Assembly: GCF_006345805.1 (NCBI RefSeq)
Contig: NC_043004.1
Location: forward strand, 42,470,001-42,534,000
From: Octopus sinensis
Taxonomy: Eukaryota
DNA length: 64,000 nucleotides
Direction of reading: 5' to 3'
The notes beneath the pieces are model-generated. The model was given only the letters and a program-made list of their open reading frames with translations, made no database searches and had not been told where the DNA came from. This document shows, one piece after another, positions 53,098-64,000 of this stretch; the stretch's first letter is position 1, and each line of letters begins with the position of its first letter. The translations under genes were made by a program, and so were the position numbers.

Positions 53098-53423
53098 AGG
53101 AGATGTACTCGCATAGCAAGTAATTTGATCTGAGATCGTGTGCTGAAACGAAAACAATTGCAGCGTGGAAGGTGTTTGTAAGCCATTTAAGAAATACACA
53201 AAAGCCGTTCGATTCACTTCAACATTTAAGTTTAATTTGTCAAAATATTTTCGTCGCTCAAATCCGCGACCTGTTCACTGACAAAAATCCGTGCTGCAGT
53301 GAACAGGTCGCGGATTTTAGCGACGAAAATATTTTGACAAATTAAACTTAAATGTTGAAGTGAATCGAACAGCTTTTGTGTGTTTCTTAAATGGCTTACA
53401 AACAACTTCCACGCTGCAATTGT
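53098..53423. repeat. Interspersed repeat family D with an inverted duplication (127-bp arms, 16-nt loop)
   Basis: Arms at 53154-53280 and 53297-53423 differ at 4 positions. A single-armed homologue lies at 60905-61102. Confidence 0.93.
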
Positions 53424-53519
<96 letters not shown>

Positions 53520-53552
53520 CGTGAGTGTGTGTGTGTGTGAGAGAGAGAGTAT

Positions 53553-53591
<39 letters not shown>

Positions 53592-54083
53592 CATACATAC
53601 ATAGACAAATATAGATATTGATATAAATTTTCCCACCTCTACACACACAAACACATATAGTTCACAAAATTCCTGCACCCTAATCAAATTAGTAAAGGAA
53701 AGTATTATTTATTGCAAAAGACATTCTGAGCAAGCAATACCAAAATTCATTCGTTCCTGACGGAAACAAAATAAACACATTACAAAAGTCACTCACTCAT
53801 GAAATAGCATACATCGTATCAGAAACGGCTCCATACTAGATGTGACCAGAATTATATTTAATGCTAAATTCAGTCACAACATACAAGTAATTAGTATTCT
53901 TTAATTCTGACCAATTACAAGCGGGCACACTCATTCCAAGAAATATAATATATCACCAAAACGATTTATAAAACCTATCATTGCAAGGTCGCACTGGCGT
54001 GAAATTTCAGTAGCTGTATAAACTTAAATAAATCTTTATGAATACACGTGTATACGTACTCATGTATGTATGCATCTATCTAA

Positions 54084-54145
<62 letters not shown>

Positions 54146-54269
54146 GTCTATCTATCTGTATGTCTGTCTGTCTGTCTGACTGTCTGTCTGTCTGTATGTC
54201 TGTCTGTCTGTCTATCTATCTATCCATCATCTCTCTATCTATCTATCTATCTATCTATCTATCGATCTA

Positions 54270-54720
54270 TCCATTTGTCAAGGATTGGATTATTGGGTTG
54301 CCTACATACTACTGTATTACCCCTGTGTCGAAAAGCAAATTCTTATAAGTTTACAGTCTGTTATGATTCAACATCGGTTGGTAAATCAAATATCAAACAA
54401 ATGTAAACTTAACGGTTAATCCTATACACTAACCAATGCCACAGGTCTATTGCTAGAATATATGGAATAAATGTTAAACATTTTTAACCAGAATTCATAT
54501 ATTAGCCTTGGTAAAGTTTTCAGCAAAAGATGATTATAAAATTCTTTTCGCACTTTGGGGGTAATTTCCCGTCAGATTGCTGTATAGCGTGTACCTTCAC
54601 CTAATTGTCGTTGATTTTATGTAATCTGATGCACAGATGCTCTAGAATCTCATTCTTATCTTCTGTTTTTATTCTTTAATTGTTGTACAAAGTCACCGTC
54701 AATGATTGAGTCTAAAGACT
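54270..54720 (+). mobile_element. Degenerate CR1-like RT relic
   Basis: DW...ITPVSK, STSVGK, YISLGKVFSK (like 'YLDFAKAFDK') and KVTVND appear in collinear order. Confidence 0.4.
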
Positions 54721-55180
54721 AAGAAATGGTTTGCATAATTCACAAATATGTATAAAGTTCTGTATTTTAGTAGGAAAAGAAACAAGACGGCGCGTGTATG
54801 AAACAAGAGGGATGTTTACTCACAATTACCTTTCATGCTATTCTGAGGAAAGTAGCAACAGATAACATCAGCAAAGGTAATTTAGCAACACGTTATAACA
54901 ACAAAATGTCTCTTCAGTATGTTTCTCGTATATCGTTCAATATCCAACAACCAAAACCAATTCATTCTCTTTGACATCCTTCTGCTCTATTCATTACTGT
55001 ATTCTATTCAGTAAACATCGCAATAACTAGTTTACTTACAACTTTACATCCAGGGGCTACATTCTCACTGGACACAGTATTATGGAAATGTTGCCTAAAG
55101 CCCGTTAAAAAAGGTAGGAAATCTATTATAGAAATTGAATGCAATTCTTTCATGCGTTCATGCTGGAGCACTGCATTTTG

Positions 55181-55511
55181 GTGGAGGCGCAATAGGCTAG
55201 TGGTTAGGGCAGCGGTCTCGCGGTCTCGATTCCCAGATCGGGCGTTGTGAGTGCTTCGGCAGGGGGTGGTGGAGAACCCTACTATACTCTTGTAACACAA
55301 ATTTCTCTCACTTTTTCTTCTTGTTTCTCTCGTACCTGTATTTCGTAGGTCCAGCCTTGTCACAATCTGTGTCACGCTGAATCTCCCCGAGAACTACAGT
55401 AAGGGTACCCGTGTCTGTGGAGTGCTCAGTCACTTGCAGGTTAATTTCCCGAGCAGGCTGTTCCGTTGATCGGATCAACTGGAAACCTCATCGTCGTAAC
55501 CGACGTAGTCC
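55181..55511 (+). mobile_element. tRNA-derived SINE, family B, with internal deletions
   Basis: Family B head and tail. An imperfect CACTGC.TTT duplication flanks it. Confidence 0.88.
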
Positions 55512-55519
55512 CACTGCCT

Positions 55520-56100
55520 TTGATTGAGTTTTAATTAGCTGATCTTCCTCGAATGTATCCTTGAATTACTGGTTAGTCCGCTATTATTTCAAGGATTTAA
55601 CCCAATGGTTTTCAGTAGAGTTCCCTTTTATATTTCTGATGTTTTTAAAAAATTGTTTTAGGTAAGCATTTCAACAACTCCGGATATTTAAATATGAGAA
55701 TGATACAAAAAATTGCATTTGCTCGTGATTTCGTAGATGATGTATCTGCAGACTGCAAGTGCCTACCAGTTTTTGCATCAAAATCCTCTCTTATGCCCAT
55801 GTTTCGAACGCGCCTTCTGGATTTTCCATACGTATATGATAGTATATCTTTCTCTTATGCGTTTAAGAGAGTAGAGACGCAGAAATTTCAGACGTTCTCA
55901 GTAATTAAGGCTTTTCGCCGAAATTATTTTGCTGGTGAACGTTATTTGTAGCACTTCAATCTGTTCTATGAGACTGGAAGTTATTGGAGAGCAAAGCTAT
56001 GAGCAGTAGTCTTATCTGCTCAGATATATGTTCTCAGTAATTTAATCTGTGATTTTTTGTTGGTACATAAAACGTTGCATGGCAGCAGGTTTCTGGTGAG
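55520..56100 (-). mobile_element. CR1-clade LINE 3' relic
   Basis: Reads DYCS.LCSP, then LQITFTSKI...LNY.ERLKFLRLYSLKRIRERYTIIYVWKI (the CR1 'VQR.FT...Y.ERL..L.L.SLERRR' pattern) and TGRH. Confidence 0.8.
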
Positions 56101-57166
56101 AAAATACTCATACGCACGTGTAAATTCAAAACATTAATTATAGTATAATCATAGTGGAAGGAAATGAAATATCTCACTTACTTCGGTGATAATTATCCCG
56201 CATAGTCGCTGCTCTATTATTTGATTCCCTTTACTACACTAAAATATTAGTTACTTATATATAAATATGAAACAGAATAGAAATTACAGAATATTTTCAG
56301 TCATATTTCACATATTGAACCAAACTCCATTTATCGCGGTAGCAGTAAGAAAGCATTTCGCGATAAATGTATAACAAAGTTACAGAGTTCTTTATTAATA
56401 ATATTTTCTTTTAGTGCTGGTTGAGTTTCCGCTTCTGCGCGGTAGATTCGAAAAATTAGAACCTATAGACACGTGGCGGGTTATTTATCGCTCCGTGCCT
56501 ATGTGTTCAGTCATTGCAACCTACTGAAGAAGCAGCACCATATATAGGCTGAGATTATTTTATTTCAGTCTGTATTTAAGTCTGCAGAAACCTTGCAGGG
56601 TCTAGGATTAAGGTAAAAGTTTTTATTTTTCCAATCACTTTCGGAATTACAACATTTGGTGGCTCGGAGGTTTAACTGCTCTTTCTAGCGAGTCAGATAT
56701 CCTATTCTTCGGGTATCTCTTTTGTGTTTGAACGTGCACCGTATTCGTCTTTGAATAATATATAGTCTATTGACTAATTTTTTCTTTTTCGCTAGACCAC
56801 TGGTAAGTAAGAATTTTTAATGAATATTCTTGCTACCCTAAGATTTTAATTAATGATAAAATGTTTATATATATATATATATATACACACACACGCACAT
56901 ATATATATATATATATACAAATCATAAATAAATAAACAAATAAACAATGCATACATAGATACACGGATATACTGGAAGTTCAATATATAGGAATTGCATG
57001 CTTGTAATTAATAATTGAATTTCCCGTCATTATATTACAAATATTAATTTCAAAAATATGCGACTCTTTAAGAAATATATTATATGAGGAGCCATGTAAG
57101 TCGAAAGCTAATATGTTAAACCCTAATATTAAATGTATATATATATATATATATATATAGGTATAT

Positions 57167-57198
<32 letters not shown>

Positions 57199-57465
57199 CA
57201 TAAATACATGTATATACATACATACATGTGTGTGTATATATATATATTATATATATATATACATGTATCTGTGTATGTAAATATATCAATATCGATATCA
57301 ATATCCATATATATATATACACTTACATATGTGCATAGCATTCTGTATACTACCAATAATTTATAGTATGCTTAATATTGGTTTTTACTTCTGAACAATC
57401 TTCTCACCATTTACAATTCACACTCCTTATACTTCTATATATATATATATATACATACCTATATC

Positions 57466-57516
<51 letters not shown>

Positions 57517-57852
57517 ATATATAATATATATATACATGTGTGTGTTTGCCTGTGTGTATGTGTCTGTATGTTTATGTGCATTTATGTACGTATATATGCA
57601 TATATGTACGTGTGTAAGTACAAGACCTGCGATAAAATACGTTCATTGTTTGGTAAAATATCACTGGGCAAGATTAAAATTAAAGGAAATAGAAAAAAGA
57701 CAACGAGCTAAATTATGTGAAGAAGTAATGTGTGTTTGTGTGTGTGGGTATGTCATGTTGTTTGAACTTATCTGAGTTGTAGATTTCTGCATTAATATTT
57801 ATGCTTTGTAGGCACACACTATCTCGTTATGTAACCATAATATGCTCCAAAG

Positions 57853-58185
57853 TATATTAAACGCTTTTGGAAGTCAATATCGCGTTCAATTGTGTTTTCA
57901 GTGCATTTAAATCACGTACTAACGTCATTTCTACAGATTTTCTATAGAAATCGTAGCCATCACTGATTCTGTTACTGTGATTCTTATCCGAGGCGTGAGA
58001 AGTTAACAAAGACGAAAAAATGGGTAATGGGCATATATCCGATATCTCGGATACGAAATGTGGTAACAAAATCAGTGGCGCCTATAATTTCTATAGAAAA
58101 TCGGTAAAGATGAGTGTAACACTTGTTTTAAGTGCATTGGTAACACGGTAGTACACGGTATCGACTTATGTAAACGTTTAATATA
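57853..58185. mobile_element. Old TA-flanked foldback/MITE (~330 bp, ~135-bp diverged arms)
   Basis: TATATTAAACG and CGTTTAATATA ends. The inner arms ACAGATTTTCTATAGAAAT..CACTGATT.TGTTAC..TATCCGAG are mirrored at 58046-58105. Confidence 0.75.
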
Positions 58186-58279
58186 TTTTATAGCATATTA
58201 TAGTTGTATAACGAAATACCATGTGCATACAAGTCATTAATATTTACGTATCAGCTTTCAGGAATGTGTTTCATATGTA

Positions 58280-58736
58280 AATTGGTATATCCAATAATGC
58301 TGCACTGCTATATGTATCGCAGAATTGAGGTGGTTTCATGGCAAAGAATTCATCAATGTATCATTTTACGTCATCCAAGCATTTGAAATTTTTACCATTA
58401 AGACTATTCTGCAGAGACCTGAATAAGTGGAAATCCGGAGGAGCAATATCTGGTGAATATGGAGGGTGGGATAACACATCCCAGCCGAGCTGCAGCAATT
58501 TTTGTCTGGTTCCCAAAGCATCAAGTGTCGAAAATGAACTTTCTTATCTTTCATTTTAAAGGGTTACAGAATTAACGCAGGTTACAAGAATATAAACCTT
58601 CTTCCACGAAAAGAGAGCTTAAACTGTGCTCTAAATGGAGGTGTAGTCAAATCCTATTTTCTGGACTCAACCATGTTCTAAAATAAGTCAAAATGTAAGC
58701 TACTATAAATCGGCACGAATTTTCTGGACAACCCAA
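58280..58736 (-). mobile_element. Internally deleted mariner with TIRs
   Basis: Reads TRQKLLQLGWDVLSHPPYSPDIAPPDFHLFRSLQNSLNGKNF on the minus strand (58500-58380). The TIR reads TA|TTGGGTTGTCCAGAAAATTCGTGCCGATTT on the minus strand from 58738, with a degenerate partner at about 58280. Confidence 0.9.
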
Positions 58737-59606
58737 TATTTGATTAGAGCTTGGTCGTCAATATTAGCAATGTAATCCAATATTAGTTCGATCCATACTT
58801 TCCATGCCAATTTCCTATTTCCTTTCCAATCATGACTATGTACAGCAGTCTAATCCAATTTACGATTATTAGTCAAACATAGACTAAATTCTATTGGAGA
58901 ACATTGAGAAACACAAGTACAATCAATAAAACCTGGCTAATAGTGCTGCTGGTTGAGAGGGCAAGAAAATTCATTTAAGATCAAATTCAGGAGATTGATA
59001 CAATAGTACGTATGAATGCCTTTGCGCAAATATCGATGGGCGATTAAGACGTGTAAGCTATATACAAGTTTCACTTTTTATATCAAACTATTGGACACTA
59101 ATTAGACGGACTCAATTAGTTATTCTTTTGATTTACACTAATCTCTTTCGATAACAGTCACTGCAGCTCTGTAGAAACGTAAAAACGTATATACTACAAA
59201 ATATGTGAGTGTATTAGACCTGGTTTCTTACTAAGAGACAGGTGTTAGTGCATAGTGCATCACAGATTTGATTAATCTAATTATTAGTGTTTAATTAAAT
59301 CAGTATGATTCAACGTAGAGGATAGCTGTTGATTGATTTGGGCGTAAGCTAAATAGTTTAATGATTTTCTTATCAACGATGTTGATACAATTTTCCACTA
59401 AATATAAAACGATGTGAACATCCCATTATTGGGAGTGACAAAGTACAATGTTGAGCAAATGTTTTAACCCTTCTTACATATTACATTATTTATAAAATTC
59501 GAAATCTATATCTTCACACACAGACTTAATCGAAAGATGTAACAATATTTCTCTTACTGAAGGTTTCATTTATGTTTATTATGTCAAATGTATTTGAAAT
59601 GATACC

Positions 59607-59847
59607 TATTTCTTTATAACCCACAAGGGGCTAAACATAGAGGGGACAAACAAGGACAGACAGAGGTATTAAACCGATTACATCGACCCCAGTGCGTAAC
59701 TGGTACTTAATTTATCGACCCTGAAAGGATGAAAGGCAAAGTCGACTTCGGCGGAAATTGAACTCAGAACGTAACGACAGACGAAATACCGCAATGGATT
59801 TCGCCCGGTGCGCTAACGTGTCTGCCAGCTCGCACCACCATACATGA
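59607..59847 (-). mobile_element. tRNA-derived SINE, family A
   Basis: 16-bp perfect TSD TATTTGAAATGATACC at 59591-59606 and 59848-59863. Confidence 0.94.
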
Positions 59848-60904
59848 TATTTGAAATGATACCATGAATTGAACATGTCAGGAGCCCAACAGCATGATAT
59901 GCGAATGAATAACGAAAGGAAAACGAACAGTAAAATGTTCTGATTGCTTCGCTTGTGCACAAATATGTATATACTGGAGAGAAGGAAGCGTTATGAAGTT
60001 TTGAATATGCCCGTCTGCATTCCTTAGTATTTTACATACACATCTTCTATTGTATAGTAGTGGAAGTAAAGTTCATTCTTTATATATAATGAGGTAAGTT
60101 TTCTATTCATCACAGTCTTATGTAATCGTTTAAATGACTTCATATACAACTGAACAATTATTTATTCACCTTAAGAATATAGATACAATTTACCTTGGAC
60201 AATTACATACATACACACATATACACGTCCCCCATATATATATATATACATATATATCAAATAAATGTCTTATAACACTATTGCGCGCATACAATAACAG
60301 CCATATCAACAATCCAACACACCTCCATCATCAACTTCCCCCTCGGATATCGCTATTGTTTCGATACCTGGACGGTACCATTCAATCCGTTGGTGTCAAC
60401 AGCACTAAAATAAGCGTTGTTTTGGAAAATATGCCTTAGATATTACCACATTCATTCAGTCTTAATTCTAGGAAGGATTAAAAGCTAACAATATTAATTA
60501 AACTACATCAAAGAAATCACATTTAACCTATGTATAAAAACAATATCGGTAAATTAATTATTCTATACGTAAACTTATAACTAACCCCTAAAATATCTAA
60601 CTAAATAGTAACCTAGCCCTTGAAGTCCTTGCAGATAATATTCCCACCAGTTTTACTTAGTTATTAATATAAAAGTGAAAGCTTTTATATTTTATTCTTT
60701 CCAAACCCAAACAAACTCTACTAAACTTAACTAACAATATAATTCTAAGTGAAGTACACTATTTTATATCCTAAAAGTTAATAATTAAAACATACGTATT
60801 AAATATTCATTATCCTTACATGCTTTTATAGTAAGCTTACACCAGTAATTTAATAGATATTACTAAAATTTCGTTATTAAATCAGAAACTAAGAAAACAA
60901 TTAC

Positions 60905-61102
60905 GGAGATGTACTTGCATAGCGAGTGACTTGATCTGAGATTATGTGCCGGAAGGAAAACAACTGCAGCGTGGGAGGTGTTTATAAGGCATTTAAGAAA
61001 CACACAAAACCGTTAGATTCACTTCAACATTTAAGTTAAATTTGTCAAAATATTTTCGTCGCTTTGAGACCGTGACCTGTTCACTGACAAAGCTTCGTGT
61101 TG
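60905..61102 (+). repeat. Interspersed repeat family D, single-arm copy
   Basis: Homologous to 53098-53296, starting GGAGATGTACTTGCATAGC. Confidence 0.9.
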
Positions 61103-61696
61103 CATCACAATACCTATAATTAATTATTATCCAATTTTTTTCAGTGTTCTAATCTCATTGCTATACAGGTATATATTGGCGTATTATATAATATAACATA
61201 ATATATGGTTTTCATGATTTTGGAACAGGGAATACGATCGAAAGAGTCCCCAGTTAAGTGAAATTCATTTCATGGTATATTAGCTGAGTTATAAAAGTAA
61301 TTTATCTTTTAAATATGAATTTCAAAGCGAGTCAGAAATTAAGGCGAAATACAACGTAAATTTTCATATCGATTAAACGTCCATAGTAATTTATTGACAT
61401 ATTAATTGATGTAGCAGAGAAGGATGAAAGATTCCATTATCTTGGTATATGTCTGAAGCCAGAATGTGAAAGAATGACACATTACGTGGGTTTATTTTAC
61501 GAAATTTCTGCTGATACTGTCACGCACCAATGTTATAAACAAGAACGAGCAATTTAGTCTGTGGTTGGTTCCACATGGTCTCCTTATTATTATTTTTGCT
61601 TCGAAGTACACGAATGTTTGTTGTTCCTCTTGTGGTCAGTGATTATTATATATGCACTAAATAAACAAACCGTTCTGATTCGTTGTGAGTAGTGTC

Positions 61697-61746
61697 ATGA
61701 TGATGATGATGATGATGTTAATCGTCGTCATCATCACATCATCATC

Positions 61747-61777
<31 letters not shown>

Positions 61778-61833
61778 CCACCACCATCATCATCATCATC
61801 ATCATCACCACAATCATCATCATCATCATCATC

Positions 61834-61891
<58 letters not shown>

Positions 61892-61935
61892 ACATCACCT
61901 TAATCATGATGATGATGATGATCATCATCATGATT
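61697..61935. repeat. (ATG)n/(CAT)n compound microsatellite with inverted blocks
   Basis: (GAT)n, then a long (CAT)n/(CAC)n, then (GAT)n and (CAT)n again. Confidence 0.95.
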
Positions 61936-62369
61936 ATAAGTAACGTCTTAACCACCACCAAATAAAACATCATATTGTGTTCACGTAGACTATCAGCAGC
62001 AACTTTGTCGACAAAAAAAAAATTAAATTTTCGTTTATTTTACCCACCATACTCACCAAGATTGAAGACACGTTTTGAATATCCTCATATAATGTTGCCT
62101 GATACGCTGGAAAATCTATATTGTCAAAGTTTATTTCGTGATTATATATTTAGAATCCAGTGCATTAAGTAATGGATGCGTATATATCAACAACACACAT
62201 TTTCGTATGAGCAGATAATGTCGTTAGATTTCACACGTCATCAGGTTAAACGAGACTCGTCGATACCTAATGCACTTAGTGGTATCTATTTTGTTGGAAT
62301 TATCTGGAACACGGGTCCGGTCTGAGGATAAGTGCCAGTTTTATATTTATACCCACACACACACACATC

Positions 62370-62400
<31 letters not shown>

Positions 62401-62757
62401 CGCAGGAGTGGCTGTGTGGTAAGTAGCTTGCTAACCAACCACACGGTTGCGGGTTCAGTCCCACTGCGTGGCATCTTGGGCAAGTGTCTTCTGCTATAGC
62501 CCCGGGCCGACCAATGCCTTGTGAGTGGATTTGGTAGACGGAAACTGAAAGAAGCCTGTCGTATATATATATATGTATATGTGTGTGTGTTTGTGTGTCT
62601 GTGTTTGTCCCCCTAGCATTGCTTGACAACCGATGCCGGTGTGTTTACGTCCCCGTCACTTAGCGGTTCGGCAAAAAGAGACCGATAGAATAAGTACTAA
62701 AAGGTGGTGCTCCAGCATGGCCGCAGTCAAATGACTGAAACAAGTAAAAGAGAGAAA
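62401..62757 (+). mobile_element. tRNA-derived SINE, family C, with a ~40-bp deletion near the 3' end
   Basis: A and B boxes as in the 21274 copy. AATAAGTACT is joined directly to AAAAGGTGGTGCTCCAGC. Confidence 0.9.
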
Positions 62758-62760
62758 GAT

Positions 62761-62833
<73 letters not shown>

Positions 62834-62840
62834 TATATAT

Positions 62841-62876
<36 letters not shown>

Positions 62877-63199
62877 ATATACGATAATATATACATATAT
62901 ATATATATATATGTATATGTCAGTATGTCTATGTATATATATATGTATGTATATATGTATGTATTTATATATACACACATATACACTTATTAAATTGTTG
63001 CTCTATTAAAAATTGAAGGTGGGCTCGCTAACTGATAAAGGATAAGTATTGCTATTAAGAACACTATCTGTAGACAATAAATCTCATGAAAAACATCAAA
63101 CGCAGAAAATGAAAATCGCAAAAATAAAAAAAATATCTATAGCTATAGAAAGTAAAATTAATAGTGTAGGATTCAAAATAGCAAAAGTGTAGATAAACA

Positions 63200-63500
63200 A
63201 AAGCACCCACGTTTCAAAATAGATTCCATTGCCAGACACAGGTGTTATAAAACATATGTAAACTGAAGACTATCAGAAATAAATATATTGTATCCAGATC
63301 ATAACACAACACAACTTGCAGTATATTTAGAATATATTATGGCTGTCAGAATATGCCAGTTCCTCAGCAAAAATCGGGTCTGTGACATTCGAATAGGTGG
63401 ACTTATAGACTGGACCTCTACGTCTAATCATCGAGACTCGTGCTTTACTTTAGATCTCTCTGTGCTGACAGGGACTGCTAAAGTAAAATAATATAGCTCA
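63200..63500 (+). mobile_element. Possible LINE RT relic
   Basis: RICQFLSKNRVCDIRIGG loosely resembles 'WI..FLS.R.Q.VRIG'. Confidence 0.25.
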
Positions 63501-64000
63501 ATGGATGTTGGTAGAGCTTCTACAATGGCAGTCAGTAATACAGATTCATAAAAGTATATACCGACGTCTCGGTAATAAAAAATAAAGCCATAGGCAAAAA
63601 AGGAAAAAAAAACCCACACACACAAGAAAACACAAGAACTTTTTTCAATGTCTAAATTAACAAGATAACGTAATCGGAGCAAATTTTGCGTTGTATAATA
63701 CCCCAAAATATTAGTCATTACATTATGTACGCACTTAATTTCGGTTCGGTGAGATCTAAGAGGAATAATAACAATCAAGCATTATGAAGCGATCGATTAA
63801 ATATTGATTATAGTTTGTCTACATACGATAAAGACAACCTCGCATGAGAAATGCGTCATATAAAGATATAGACTTACAAGATAGCTGTCTTTCTTTGTAC
63901 GTTTATATCAATTAATTACATTGTGACGCTACGCCCTCTATCTCAATCTAAATCGATATTAACGAATTGTACGTGCGCACATTATTTCATAAGTACACGC

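Noticed and set aside
61975-62130. YPPYSP motif resembling mariner HPPYSPDL
   Set aside because: Only six residues match, with no flanking transposase similarity or TIR.

Overview
This is AT-rich eukaryotic DNA, very probably from a coleoid cephalopod (Octopus-like). That assignment is an inference from the tRNA-derived SINE families and the dense (TA)n, (TCTA)n, (TAA)n and (CA)n microsatellites. I could not identify any host protein-coding exon, tRNA or rRNA gene, or CRISPR array, so the window reads as a large intron or intergenic block. Nearly all ORF-track entries are microsatellite read-throughs or antisense frames of transposon relics. Manual translation shows decayed retrotransposons: four R4/Dong-type copies with a restriction-like endonuclease (the two with complete 3' ends finish in (TAA)n), a HERO-like 3' end, several RTE, CR1 and I/Jockey fragments, an internally deleted Tx1/L1-like element and three Penelope-like relics. 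DNA transposons include three mariner relics, a possible MULE, a Helitron-like end and at least five MITE or foldback elements. About 14 SINE copies fall into 3-4 families, several with clear 12-16 bp target-site duplications. The most unusual structures are: (TAA)n tracts used by several unrelated elements; an unclassified ~565-bp (TAA)n-bounded repeat found in two permuted orders; an RTE-to-Dong junction; a 127-bp-arm near-perfect palindrome; and a 200-bp ~98.5%-identical direct repeat bracketing a decayed Penelope RT. I found no evidence for a novel intact multi-gene system. All family assignments come from motifs recognised by eye and need Repbase/Dfam/HMM confirmation, and relic boundaries are approximate.
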